Assembly: GCF_006345805.1 (NCBI RefSeq)
Contig: NC_043001.1
Location: 24,676,001 to 24,740,000 of the forward strand
Source: Octopus sinensis
Taxonomy: Eukaryota
Reading direction: 5' to 3'
Length of the DNA stretch: 64,000 bases
Made by a program: the position numbers and the translations under genes. Numbering within the stretch: position 1 is the stretch's first letter; the number at the start of each line of letters is the position of its first letter. Below the pieces are notes generated by a model. That model was not told where the DNA came from. It did not search any database and saw only the letters and a list, made by a program, of their open reading frames with translations. Below are positions 39,166-52,314 of the stretch, one piece after another.

Positions 39166-39442
39166 TATATATTTCATTCATTTGTTTTTTTTTTCCATAT
39201 TAGGATAATTTAGCCAAATATATATATATATATGGTGGTGTCCTAGCATGGCCACAGCTTGTAAGCTGAAGCTAGATGGAATGGAAAAAAATATATATAT
39301 AGTTGAAAAAAGATTAGAGATCTATACAAATCAAACTTTTATATAGAAAAAATGGAGGCGGAAATAGCACAGAAGTAAGTCTAAGATATTTCAATTTAAG
39401 GGGGAATTTAATAAAAATGATTAAAAAAATTATATAAAGAAA

Positions 39443-39480
39443 ATACTACTGGTTTTGATGAATCTCATCTTATCAAATAT
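39443..39480 (-). ncRNA. Decayed minimal hammerhead motif (U3:A8, G12 lost)
   Basis: Minus strand reads atat|TTGATAA|gatga-gat-tcatc|AAA|ACCAGT|A|gtat, followed by a tail into (TA)n at ~39290. Confidence 0.4.
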
Positions 39481-39668
39481 CAATAAAAATTTATGAAAAT
39501 TTGAAGTAAAAAGTTTATCTTCTGCCTGGGGGCCAAGAACATATCTGGAGATTTTTCGTTATAGTCTTCTTTAAATATATTTTGGTATAGGGCTCAAAGT
39601 GTTTAGAGAGTGAGAGAAAGGGTGACTATTGTCTAATTACTTCTGTGTTATTTCCACCTCCATCTTTT

Positions 39669-40040
39669 ATCATCATCATCATCATCATTTAACGTCCGCT
39701 TTCCATGCTAGCATGGGTTGGACGGTTCAACTGGGGTCTGGGGAGCCCGAAGGCTGCACCAGGCCAGTCAGATCTGGCAGTGTTTCTACAGCTGGATGCC
39801 CTTCCTAACGCCAACCACTCCGAGAGTGTAGTGGGTGATTTTATGTGCCACCGACACAGGTGCCAGACGAGGCTGGCAAACGGCCACGCTCGGATGGTGT
39901 TTTTTATGTGCCACCGACACAGGTGCCAGACGAGGCTGGCAGACGGCCACGCTCAGATGGTGTTTTTTATGTGCCACCGACACAGGTGCCAGATGAGGCT
40001 GGTGAACGGCCACGATCGGATGGTGTTTGTTACGTGCCCA
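39669..40040 (-). mobile_element. RTE-tail SINE (family C) with three ~64-bp internal units
   Basis: Near-identical to 56722-57062. Confidence 0.88.
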
Positions 40041-40095
40041 CATATATATATATATATATATTATAAGTTAGAACAAACGGTAAAAGGTTGTCATT

Positions 40096-40154
40096 ATAGT
40101 GCTCAGAGTTTCAAATGTCGGAGTGAAGAGCTACAATACATTCTCATCGGCTGT
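40096..40154 (-). ncRNA. Decayed hammerhead motif (U4C; U16.1 lost)
   Basis: Minus strand reads acag|CCGATGA|gaatgt...acattt|GAA|actctgagc|a|ctat, in a TA-flanked segment. Confidence 0.45.
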
Positions 40155-40228
40155 TATATGTATATATATGATAGATCACTAGCCATTATACCTTTTTCTA
40201 TTTTCTCTCCCTGTTTATTTCTGTGTTC

Positions 40229-40264
40229 CTTTCTGTCAAAGAGCGTACGCTCGAAATGTAAAAG
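40229..40264 (+). ncRNA. Decayed hammerhead-like motif (A6U family) in TA-embedded element 40170-40352
   Basis: cttt|CTGTCAA|a gagc-gtac-gctc|GAA|ATGT|A|aaag. Tail homologous to 29480-29570. Confidence 0.45.
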
Positions 40265-40391
40265 ACTTTCTCACTTCCCGAGCATTAAACTAATACATCT
40301 GTTTGTTGTTTACACACCCATCTTCGTCTTTTGTTTTTTTGTAAATTCTCACTATATATATATACATACACATTCTTGTCGGCTGTTATAT

Positions 40392-40431
<40 letters not shown>

Positions 40432-40437
<6 letters not shown>

Positions 40438-40667
40438 TTAAGGGTAGAAATTGATATTTATCAATTAAGACCAGTGGTCTAGCATATTAAAAAAGAATCC
40501 GAAGATTAAAATATTTATATATACCAATTAAGGACTGAACACGAAAAGTGGACAGTCAATATGCTAGATATAGACGTCAAATCGCCATTCACCATGGTGA
40601 ATGGCGATTTGACGTCTATATCTAGCATGTTGACTGTCCACTTTTCGTGTTCAGTCCTTAATTGGTA
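40432..40667 (-). mobile_element. TA-embedded fold-back element with ~73-bp spacerless palindrome
   Basis: Arms 40522-40594/40595-40667 centred on cacca|tggtg. Same family as 14473. Confidence 0.75.
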
Positions 40668-40914
40668 TATATATATATATATATATATATTTGAAGCATA
40701 GATTTTACAACCTTTATCTGTTTTACAAGGAAGATTTTAATTTAGTCAGCTGTATAATTACAGGGGTAATTACCAAAAGATTTATTGATAGGGAAATGTC
40801 ATCAAACCTCATCATCTGACGTTCGAAGATTTTTCAGAGTAGCGCACAATGTAAATATTCACACATACAAAAAGCATACAAGCATACACACACACACCAC
40901 ACAACACACACATA

Positions 40915-41060
40915 AGATGGGCTTTGTACCGTTTCCATCTACCATATTCACTTACAAAGGACTGGCCACCTTGGAATATAGCAGAAAATACTTGTACAAA
41001 GTGCTGCGCAGTGGGACTGAACCTGAGACAATGTGGTTGAGAAGCAAACTTCTCAACCAC
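40915..41060 (-). mobile_element. SINE family B head (diverged)
   Basis: gcagtgggactgaacctgagacaatgtggttg... Confidence 0.6.
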
Positions 41061-42029
41061 CCACACATAAACCATGTGTGTGTGTGTGTAAATATACATA
41101 CTCACACATTATAGAATACATAATATCTGTATATACTGATATAAACATACATATATATATATATATATGTGTGTGTGTATGCATATATATGTTTTTATGT
41201 AAACATGTTTCATAATGGGTCTCTACGTCTGATTTTGTGTTTGTTTTCCTCTACATTCACATTATTTAGCATAATGCATGTTTGGTTTCAATTTTAGTTG
41301 GTCTTAGTCATTATTTCGTCATTGGCTGAACGCAATATTAGGTGGGCTGTACGTGAAGGTGAGAATGATTACATTAATATTTATATAAGTTTCCATATTT
41401 TTCTAATTACTCAGAAGATTTGCTTTACACATGTACAACAATTATTTAAAATAAAACAGCATATAAGAGATAGTAAATGTAATAGTTAAAATTTTCCATT
41501 GCTGAAAATACTTTAGTTATTTATATGAAAAATTACTCATGGTTATTAAAGATAGAATATATAGAAAAATTGAAAACACCTTATCACACAGAACTCTGTA
41601 GGTCACCTACAGAGTAATGTGTAGCACCTGCAGAATTTTTGTGGGGAGTTTAGTATCTCAACTTTTATAACATTCAGTCAAGTTTCTAGAACCTTCGGCA
41701 AAATTATTTGGACAAAATCTTCACAAAACTTACTTTCATGTTTATCAATTATGCCAGTGATCTGAATGGTGAATCATGTTCACATAGATTGAAATGCATT
41801 TTATGATGACACTGTTAATTTCTTGTAACTGGCCTGTGCCTTTTATAACAATATGGTTAGGTCATGGTTCTAAACTGGGGATCTGAGCAAGATGGTTCAA
41901 AACTCAACAGAAGCCTCATTGCCCTATAAACGGTGACCATTATCTATAAATAGTAACTTACTGAGTATGTAGCATTGTTTATTTTTAAGCTCAAGATACT
42001 CAAACTTTATCACAGTTTTTTCATTACTA

Positions 42030-42860
42030 TCATCATTTAATGTCTGTTTCCCATACTGGCATTAGCTGGATGGTATGACAGGATCTGATGAGCCATGGTG
42101 AATTCCAGTATCAGCTTTGGCATGGTTTCTAGGGCTGGATGCCCTTCCTAACTATATAGTGTGTACTGGATGCTTTTTTTCAGGAAACTGGCATTTGTGG
42201 GATCACCAAGAAACTTGCAATACATGAAAAGGAAAGTAAAAGTGATCTCAAATGAATGGGTGTTGAAAGGTTAAAGTATGATGAGGGACAAGCACAGGAG
42301 TTTTTCTATAGAGAAGATGCACAACTACACTGCATTATATAAAGGTGAGGGAAATAAGAGGAGTAAGATAAAGGCAGTGGTGACAAGGTTGCCAGGGTGT
42401 ACGCTCAAGGAACAAGAAAGAGAGTATCAGAGAGAAGAATACAGACAGATTGTCAATGGGAAAGTAAGGGAAGTAGGGAGATGATATGCAGGTTGTGAGA
42501 AGAGAGGAGTGCACAGCGACAGAGATGGTGGTCAGACGTTCATGAATGTGGTTATTGTGTGGTGGGTTGACAGTGGTGTGGAGTGCATTGAGGGTAGATA
42601 TAAGAGGATGTTGAGAATGATAGTAGATATGAGAGATGTTAAAGAAGGTATGGTAGACCTAAGATGTAACTTGGAGGAGAAGGAAAGATAACTGAAAGTG
42701 TAGAAATGGGGTGATCAGTGGAAAATAGTGTGAGAAGCTATGATAATAAGAATGGGGCTGGATGTTAATAAGAAGTCCTTCTAGGGGAAGAGGGAACTGA
42801 CTGGTAGTGTAAAATGGAATGAAATATGTATCTACTCTCAAATGATTACAGCCACTGAGT
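42030..42860 (-). mobile_element. Old RTE-tail element with long purine-rich body
   Basis: catcatttaatgtctgtttcccatactggc...gctggatgcccttcctaa tail. The body is purine-rich on +. Confidence 0.45.
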
Positions 42861-42879
42861 AATACCATCGTTAGCATGT

Positions 42880-43780
42880 ACTTGGTACACTGTTAAGGGT
42901 TCCTGTCCATACCTTTCCTACATATTGACCAGAGCAGTTGCCTGAAGGATGTGGTTGTCTGCTTTCTTCGTTACTAGAACTTTGGTCTTTGCTAAGTTAA
43001 CTTTAAGGCCCTTTAATTTCAGGTTTTACTTCCACACCTGAAATTTCTTTTCTAATTCTACTACAGATTCTGATAAGAATGAGTTTGTTAGCAAATAGTA
43101 GTTTCTAAGGGCAGTTGGTCTTAAATTCTTCTGTTATAGTCAATAGGACTATGATGAATAGGAAGGGACTGAGAACCAAGCCCTGAAAAAAATCTACCTG
43201 TACTCTAAATTCATCTCTCATTTCATAGCTAATCCTCATCTTACTGACTGTTCCTTTGTACATGGCTTGTTTGGCTCTCACAAGCCATTTGACTACCCCT
43301 GGTTTCCTTAGAATCCACCTGATCACCAAGTGAGGGACTCTATCAAAAGCTTTCTCCAGGTTGATTAGGGTTAAATACAAGGGTATAATTTTAGCTACAT
43401 ACTTTTCCTGTAGTTGTCTTAGCAGGAAGATGGCATCAACAGTACTTCTCCCCAGCACAAAATCAAACTGCATCTCTTCAAATCCAACTCTGTTTCTACT
43501 TAATTAGGCTATTACTCTCTCTGTGACTTTCATGAACTGGACCAGCAATTTGATACCTCTATAATTACTTTTATCTAAGGCATCTATTTTACCCTTGTAA
43601 CAGTTGATTATAATGCTACTATACCAGTTATTAAGTATAATATCTTCCTGTACAACCTGATTTAACTATATGGGTGACTAAACCATATCACACTCTATCA
43701 TATATTTTAAGCATTTCAGCAATGATGCGTGATGGACCAAGAGCATTCTTTGTCTTCATATCCTTAATTACTTTCAATTG
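42880..43780 (-). pseudogene. RTE-clade LINE RT fragment
   Basis: QF.FV.GRST.DAIF.LRQLQEKY, KAFDRVP, QG.VLSP.LF, ITEEFK. Same family as 26985. Confidence 0.85.
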
Positions 43781-43924
43781 TATCTCAAAAATCTTACCTC
43801 CTCTTCTAATAAAGGAAATTCAATCTAATACAAGCAAGAAAAATAACCTTCATTCCTGCTTTATGCATTCTCTCTCTCATACATACACACACATTTATCT
43901 ATGGATGTTGAGTGAGAAAAAGCG

Positions 43925-43996
43925 ATAGATAAGATAGATAAGATAGATAGATAGATAGATAGATAGATAAGATAGATAGATAAGATAGATAGATAA

Positions 43997-44044
<48 letters not shown>

Positions 44045-44190
44045 GATAGATAGATAAATAGATAAATAGATAGATCAGATAGATAGATAAATAGATAAAT
44101 AGATAGATAAGATAGATAGATAAGATAGATAGATAAGATAGATAGATAGATAGATAGATAAGTTGTTGGTAGGTAGGTAGGTATATAGGG
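43925..44190. repeat. (GATA)n microsatellite
   Basis: Seen directly. Confidence 0.95.
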
Positions 44191-44449
44191 GTAGATGGAT
44201 GGAGTGAGGTGCATGCACACTAATGCACACACAAACAAATAAACAATTTATTATGTAAATTACAGCCAGCATGCCATCCTGATACCCTAGGTTTCTTAAA
44301 GGAAGACCAGATTTGCCAACATTCATTCTGTAAGCAAAAGGTCTGACTGAAGCCAAGCTATCAATGGCTGTATGCCAAAATGGCTGGCAGATACACACAC
44401 ACACGTTCACACATGCACATATATGTATGTATATATTTACATGTGAGCA

Positions 44450-44850
<401 letters not shown>

Positions 44851-45506
44851 GTTCTTAATCTCTCTCTCACCTCTCTATTATTCCTTGTTCAAAGACACTA
44901 CCGGCCTATGATTTCTCTGATGTCAACTGTTGGATGCCAACATCAGACTAGAATCTTATTACCTGAGGAGGTTGACTCACTTCTTTGTGTTATGGAATAT
45001 CTATTCTATCTCATTAAGTGGTGTCAAATTAGCAAGTAAAACAGTGTGTCAGCTAAATAAATCCATTCTGTTTGCTTTGAAGTTTCTTGCAATTATTGAC
45101 TAAACACGCTCATATAACTTTTAGGTTGTTCTTTTTCTGGTTTTCAAATTCTGTTCCTTTCAATTTAATTCTGCTACACCACTACATCAAATGATCGAGT
45201 AACACACATAACTAATGTATAATAACAAACTATTTACATTTACACATTAAATAATTATATTCATTATATGTTTATGTTTACTGGTAGATTCTAAATGATT
45301 AAAGAGACATTGTTAAGATTGTACAATCGAATCCCTATTACACAAATACATGAATACATGTACATACATATATACATACATATGGATGTGAAACAATTGG
45401 TTACTCTATGACCAGACATATAAATACATTATTGCTCTGCTTTACAGTGCACTTCTTTTTCAGATATATGATACACTGATGATATATATATATAATGTAT
45501 ATGTAT

Positions 45507-45790
45507 AATTATAAATTAGGGTATCTACGAGATACCACCATGCTGAAAATAGCAGCCATGATCTGACTCTAAAACTGCCTTAATCGTCCACATATCAACA
45601 CGGAGAGAAAACAAAGAGACAAGATGAAACCAGTAAAAAATTACTGGATAATTCTAGATCCCGGATTTCTGACTTTGCATTTAGGAATGCTTTTAGATTT
45701 CTGGTTTTGCATTTAGGACTGCTTTTAGAGTCAGATCATGGCTACTATTTTCAGCATGGTGGTATCTCATAGATACCCTAATTTATAATT
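45507..45790. mobile_element. Fold-back element with ~67-bp terminal inverted repeats
   Basis: aattataaattagggtatct...ctgactctaaaa / ttttagagtcag...agataccctaatttataatt. Confidence 0.75.
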
Positions 45791-45926
45791 TTAATAATTA
45801 TTACCTTTGAAGGTTATTTTTTCCATGCTGACCACTTGATAAAATCGTTATTTTATTTAAATTAACAATCTTATCCTTATTTATATAATGTATATATATA
45901 TATGTATGTATATATATGTATATATT

Positions 45927-45984
<58 letters not shown>

Positions 45985-46142
45985 TATAAATAAGGGCAAA
46001 AGAAAAAAGATTTCTATGCCAATATGCTGAGAATAGACTTTAAATCGTCAATCACCACATTACAATATACATCACTATGAATACACGGTGTGCTGAAATC
46101 AAGGAAGGCAAGCTGACAGAATTTTTTTTAAATGCATTATCT

Positions 46143-46195
46143 CTATATTGAATCAATTTCAGGATTAATCCAATGGATTTTCCCCTCATCAGTAG
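46143..46195 (-). ncRNA. Type-I hammerhead ribozyme motif, canonical core, in TA-flanked element 45982-46220
   Basis: Minus strand reads cta|CTGATGA|gggg aa aatcca t tggatt aa tcct|GAA|ATTGATTCAAT|A|tag. AUA cleavage triplet. Tail ends gcccttatttataattg(TA)n. Confidence 0.75.
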
Positions 46196-46409
46196 GGACT
46201 ACGATAAGAAATAAATGGAATATATATATATATATATTTCTGTGTGAGTTAGAGGTTGAGAAACCAACTAAGGGATAGCACCTGTCCAATATACTGCTGG
46301 TAGTGTATCCAAATGTTCATACCCAAGTGCTAGTTATTGCGTGACAATCTCATAATTGAGTCTTATATGTGAGCAGGGGTAAAAAGTGGTTTACCCTTGA
46401 TTCATATGG

Positions 46410-46843
46410 CAAATAAGAAAGTGGAGGGGATACCAAATCGACAGCCATCAGCCGGTAAACATTCTAGTATGTCTATTTATTCTAATGTACTAGTGGTACA
46501 GATTATCAAATTGAAAGAGTTTGTAATTGCAAGAACAAGGGTGTAGAAGCATATAATCATAGGAACAGGTGATTAATTGAGTAAATGAGCAAATGAGCCC
46601 TTTCGGTTTTACTGACAGTCTGTTCATTTACCCTTTTACTCATTCGCTCAATTTATCACCTGTTCTTATATGATTATATGCTTCCACACCCTTGTTTTTG
46701 CAATTACCAACTCTTTCTATTTGATAATCTGTACCACTAATACATGTGTATGTATGTTTATCGAATACATTGGAATAAATAGACATACTGGAATGTTTAC
46801 CAGCTGACGGCTGTCGATTTTGTATCCTCTCCACTTCCTTATT

Positions 46844-46845
<2 letters not shown>
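46410..46845. mobile_element. Fold-back element with ~180-200-bp diverged inverted arms
   Basis: 46410-46588 is the reverse complement of 46637-46845 (one arm has a ~23-bp insertion). The right end runs into (TA)n. Confidence 0.75.
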
Positions 46846-46877
<32 letters not shown>

Positions 46878-46880
<3 letters not shown>

Positions 46881-47270
46881 TGCAGGAGTGGCTGCGTGGT
46901 AAGTAGCTTGCTTACCAACCACATGGTTTTGGGTTCAGTCCCACTGCATGGCACCATTGGCAAGTGTCTTCTACTATAGCCTCGGGCCAACCAAAGCCTT
47001 GTGAGTGGATTTGGTAGACGGAAACTGAAAGAAGCCCGTTGTATTTATATATGTGTGGGTGTGTGTGTTTGCATGTCTGTGTTTGTCCCCACCACCACCA
47101 TCGCTTGACAATGCTGGTGTGTTTACGTCCCCATAACCTAACAGTTCGGAAAAAGAAACTGATAGAATAAGTACTAGGCTTACGAAGAATAAGCCCTGGA
47201 GTTGATTTGTTCAACTAAAGGTGGTGCTCCAGCATGGCCACAGTCAAATGACTGAAACAAATAAAAGAAT
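46878..47270 (+). mobile_element. Full-length SINE family B
   Basis: aggtgcaggagtggctgcgtggtaag...gactgaaacaaataaaaga. Confidence 0.9.
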
Positions 47271-47316
47271 ATACATATATATATACATGTATATATTTGT
47301 GTGTGTGTGTTTAAGT

Positions 47317-47500
47317 AAAAGAAAATACAGGCAGATCAGTTAATTATGATTTTATTCAACATATTCCCCTCTCAGATTCACACACTTATTGTAATGGTCC
47401 TTCAGTTTTTCTAAGCCCAGTAAAAGAACTCAGAAGATTGGGCCTCCCAGTCAGGCCTTTCCCAATACTCCTAAAGCCTAGGACATTTCAGCACCCTTTG
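47317..47500. mobile_element. Mariner-derived MITE
   Basis: Shares ttttattcaacatattcccctctcagattcacac with the mariner end at 49290. TIR-like tttcagcaccctttgta. Confidence 0.7.
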
Positions 47501-47668
<168 letters not shown>

Positions 47669-47684
47669 ATATATTATGTACTTT

Positions 47685-47813
47685 ATAATCTCTGATGAAG
47701 CCTACAGATATACCCAAGTACCTCATTTTCATCTACCTGTTACTTCATTCCACTTGAGTAATAAAAGTAAAATGAGGTATTTCTACCTCTTGGCTGAAAC
47801 AGCTGTAAGTTGT
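47685..47813 (+). ncRNA. Type-I hammerhead ribozyme motif, canonical core, ~90-nt stem II extension
   Basis: ataatct|CTGATGA|agcc...(tacctcatttt/aaaatgaggta)...ggct|GAA|ACAGCTGT|A|agttgt. The element 47676-48015 is flanked by (TA)n on both sides. Confidence 0.75.
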
Positions 47814-48560
47814 TTTCCCAATTTATATTCATGTTTGTTATTTGATAATAATTACTGGTATCCTTATATATTAATATATTTTATATCTGATATGTAAAGC
47901 ATAATATGTTATATGTATGTGTATTATTGTAATTATAGGTTTAGTAAATAAATAGATAAGTTAACATAATATAATGTCTAAAAGTTGATGAACCACCCTC
48001 CATTTTCTTATTGCTATATATATATATATATATATAAACACACATGCACACACACATCTAAGTTAATTTCTTTTGTGTAGGATAAGGGTTGTCGGGTGGT
48101 AAATAACATGATGTCTTTTTTTGCAAGACTTGGATAGAATTATCTCCATCCATTCCTACACTCTCACAACAACTCGATCTGTTGTTGACACTCAGAAACA
48201 GCATAGCACATTTGAAAATCCATTTAAAGATCAAGAGATTAAGGAGAAACTTTCAACATTATATTGGAATTACTAAACAGATACCACTATATAGGCATAT
48301 GCTTAAATGTGTGTCTCTGTGAATGTAAGGGAGAAAGATATTAAATACTTTAATATCCTGCTTTGATGAACTTAGAAGATACTGCCTCTGATCATGCATG
48401 AATATATGTATACATATATATATATATATACACACACACGTTTATTTTTGCTTCGGTTTCTACAGCTGGATACCCAGATGATAAGCCATCATGTACATAT
48501 ATGTATGTATATATTCATACATGTACATATATTACATACAGTCCATTCCAGCTCTCTTTA

Positions 48561-48595
<35 letters not shown>

Positions 48596-48744
48596 TGTAT
48601 TTATGTATACTAGAGAGATACCTGGAATGGTCGTATGTGTTTGTATTTGAATGTGCATGTGTAAAGGATCAAGGCAAGTTTTACAGTATTTCTTTTAGTT
48701 CTTTCTGCTCTCAGTTCAGATCCTACCCAGGTCAACTGTATATA

Positions 48745-48962
48745 TATACGTATGTGTGTGTTTGTGTTTGTCTCCCCAATATTGCTTAACAACCGATGCT
48801 GGTGTGTTTATGTCCCTGTAACTTAGCAGTTCAGCAAAAGAGACCGATAGAATAAGTACTAGGCTTACAAAGAATAAGTCCTGGGGTCAAGGGTCAATTT
48901 GCTCAAATAAAGGTAGTGGACCAGCATGGCCACAGTCATTTGAGTGGAGCGAGTAAAAGAGT
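48745..48962 (+). mobile_element. SINE family B 3' half
   Basis: caaccgatgctggtgtgttta...agaataagtactaggc... Confidence 0.8.
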
Positions 48963-48969
48963 ATATATA

Positions 48970-49004
<35 letters not shown>

Positions 49005-49007
<3 letters not shown>

Positions 49008-49120
49008 TGTGATCAACCAGACTATCAGATGTTGTTATATATCACTGGTCATAAGGTGCTTTGCCTCATTTCAGCTTTTGAATGATGTCGCCTCACTGTC
49101 TAAGTGAGCAGGTCATATAT

Positions 49121-49155
<35 letters not shown>

Positions 49156-49265
49156 CATGTGATCAACCAGACTATCAGATGTTGTTATATATCACTGGTC
49201 ATAAGGTGCTTTGCCTCATTTCAGCTTTTGAATGATGTCGCCTCACTGTCTAAGTGAGCAGGTCA
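49005..49265 (-). repeat. Tandem duplication of a ~110-bp family-D SINE tail
   Basis: 49005-49115 and 49155-49265 appear identical and are separated by (TA)n. Confidence 0.85.
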
Positions 49266-49289
49266 TATATATATATATATATATATATA

Positions 49290-50440
49290 TACAAGGGGAT
49301 GCTGAAAAGTTCCAGACTTGGGTAACAAAAAATACAAGAGGATCAATTAATCATAATTTTATTCAATATATTCCCCTCTCAGATTCACACTCTTATTGCA
49401 GTGGTCATTCAGTTTTTCTAAGCCCTGTCAAAAAAACACATGAAGTTGGTCCTCCAGCCAGTCCACTGTAGCAGCAATCACTTCTGAATCAGAGTGAAAT
49501 TTTGTTCTCTTGAGATGTTTCTTCAGTTGTGGAAAGAGGTGATAGTCAGAAGGGCCAAATGAGGAACCTAAGGTGGATGATCTACCAAATCAAAGCCAAA
49601 GTCACATTTTCCATAGAGTTTCTTGTGCTTGTGTGCTGTCACAATGTCCTGCGGAAAACAGGGTACTACAGCTCAGCTTTCCATGGCGTTTCTGCTTCAA
49701 AGCTCCATGCAGTTCATCCGACAGAAACATGTAGTACTCTACCTTGATGGTGCAACCTTTTGGCAGATATTTCATGAGCTACACTTCGTCTTCGTCCTAG
49801 AACACTGAAGCCAGAATATTTCCTATTGATTTCTGAATCCAAAACTTCTTGGAATGCAGTAAACCACTTTGGTGCCACTCAATTGATTGCTTTGCTTCTG
49901 GATATTATAATGATGAGGCCAAATTTCATCCATAATGACTAAATAGGCCATAAAATCAATCTTTCCCACTGTAAACTGGTCGAAAATCACCTTTGATGTT
50001 GTCATTCTGATGCACTTCTTATTTGCATTCAGGCATTTTGGCACCCATTTTGTGGAAAGCTTTCTTGTGTCCAGAATGTTGTGAATGATGTGGCCAAATC
50101 TTTCTCAGGAAATCTCCAGAGTATCAGCTATGACTTTAGCTACAATACAGCGGTCCTCAAGAACCATGATGTGCACAGTGTCAGCTTTGTCCTCAGTGGT
50201 CACAATAGTTGGCCATCCTGACAAGGTTTATCTTTAACCTCAAAATGACCAGTCCAAAACCCTGACACCCAGATTTTCACTGTGGAGTAAGATGGCTAGC
50301 CATCCATCAAGACTTCTTTCATCTCACTACGTATTTCTGCTGCTCCTTTGCCTTGCAAAAGGTGAACTCCCTGATTGCCTGTGCTTCAATTTTACCAAAA
50401 TCCACTGTAGGAGCTGCCTTCATGCATAAAATTTCAAAAA
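49290..50440 (-). mobile_element. Decayed mariner (Tc1/mariner) transposon
   Basis: TIR-like tacaaggggatgctgaaaagttcc after TA. Transposase remnants KGAAEIR.EM, LVIMDEIW (cf. IVTGDETW), GPSDYHLF (cf. YSPDLAPSDY), V.LRG.Y.E end. Confidence 0.8.
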
Positions 50441-50519
50441 AAAGAGAAAGATATATTGTATACTATCATGATTTTTTGCATATCTTCTCCTAAATAATTG
50501 TCCTATTACCCCTGTAAAG

Positions 50520-51387
50520 GTAACAGCACTACCTTTTCACCCAGCCTTGGATGAACCTTGAAACTAATGTTCAGGTCGTTTGGGCAATGCTGGTGGTATA
50601 TTCTCCACATCGTGCAAATGATTTACCACTTGCGACAGCGCTGGAGAGAGTAGAGTTTCAAGGCTTTAAGGCGGTCCCAGTAATCGAGATCATTCATGCC
50701 CTTAATTCATTTAGTGAGTGCCCTCTGGGGTGATTCAATTTTTGAGATGTTTTGTTTTGTATGGGGAGACAATAGGGAGCAGCAATATTTAAGGTGTGGC
50801 TGCACAAAGGAGGAGAAAAGTGGAATGATGACACCTTGTTCTCTGGACCGGAAGGTTCTTAAGATCCAGGAGCTCATCCTACAAGCTGTATCGACCTTGT
50901 TGTTGATGTGGGCACTCCAGCTGAGATTGTTATCAACAATTACACCTGGGTCTCTGATATTATTAGATGCTTGAGCAGTTCCCCTGAAGGAAGAGAGTAT
51001 GGCTGTTTTAGTGTGGACTTTATTCCAAAATGCATCAGCTCAAATTTTCCCTCATTTAGTTGCATTTTGTTTTTATCTGCCCATTGACTCACCGCATATA
51101 GATCAGACTGGAGTTGAGTTCGGTCTTCTTCATTGAGGATTTGTTAGAGCCTGGTGTTATCAGCAAATATTTTCATGTTGCAGTGATTTACGACACTGGA
51201 AAGGTCATTTATGTAGATTATAAATAGGAGCGGGCCCAAGGCAGTCTCCTGAGGGACACCACTGGTGACTTTTATTGGGCTTGAGTGGACTCCATCAACC
51301 ACAACAACTTGTGTTCTATTCACCAGGAAATACTCAATCCAGTGTAGAAATTTGCCACGAATTCCAACATTTGCCAATTTTGAGAGT
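50520..51387 (-). pseudogene. CR1-type LINE RT fragment (same family as 15711)
   Basis: [46 protein letters not shown]. Confidence 0.88.
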
Positions 51388-51780
51388 AAGATATATATAT
51401 ACACACATATATGTATATATAAATATATATGTATACACACATGCACACATATGTCAACCGTTCTTCCATTGAAAAATTTTTTTCCTTATCTATATTTCTA
51501 TTTCATTCATTTCAGACAGGCCTTACCAGCCTTACTTGAAAAATACTCAATCAATGCACAACTGTACTATACCTTTTCCTAAATCCTCACCATCATCATC
51601 TATCAAGTGCAACTTGTACTTGCATCAGTAATAATGATATATGTGTTACTTATTCTTTTCTATCATCAATGACCTAGATTCACTGGTAGTTGCAGTACCA
51701 CTGTCCTCCAATGGTTCTTAATTATTACTGTCTTCTGGTAGTCTGTCACATACTGTTGTTAACTTTAAAAACAAGATACA

Positions 51781-51814
<34 letters not shown>

Positions 51815-52314
51815 TATTATTATTATTATTATTGTTATTATTTATAACTTCTTTAGTTGTCAAAGAGTATATACCATGTTATATTGAAAGCAAAATTGGA
51901 AATATAGTATTTACATGACTAGAAAATAACCAAATATCAAATTCCTAATTGGATATCAAAAACTATAGATATCAGATTCCTGTCAGGACTAGAGCAGATA
52001 TAAACCATTAGTGTATTTTAGTGTAATTTTTTGAAGCACTAGAACTATCTCTCAGTCAGCACAATAATGTTCTATGGATATTCCAGCAATGTAGAAATTA
52101 ATTCCAAAAGAAAAATAGATTAAAGAAGTTTGACATTCCATCTGATAATGAAATAAGTGAACATCAAAGTCTTGTTTCAGTATTTAGAATTACAATGAAG
52201 AGCTTAGAAAAACAAAAGCCTAAGTGGTTTGAATATTGTAAGGGGTTTAGTTTGAATTATGCATGTGACTTTGATCAGATTTCAAAACATGATATATTTT
52301 GAGAACATTTTTTT

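Noticed and set aside
42081-42106. CTGATGAG-cc-at-gg-t-GAA as an HHR
   Set aside because: 2-nt loop, no A15.1 and no helix I/III. Lies inside a SINE tail.
44955-45058. CTGAGGA...AAAACagtgtGTC possible long HHR next to (TA)n
   Set aside because: G12 is absent, and stem II and helix I do not close properly. Too decayed to call.
46585-46640. Possible HHR in the fold-back spacer
   Set aside because: GAAA is present on the minus strand but there is no CUGANGA-like core. The pairing is explained by the inverted repeat.
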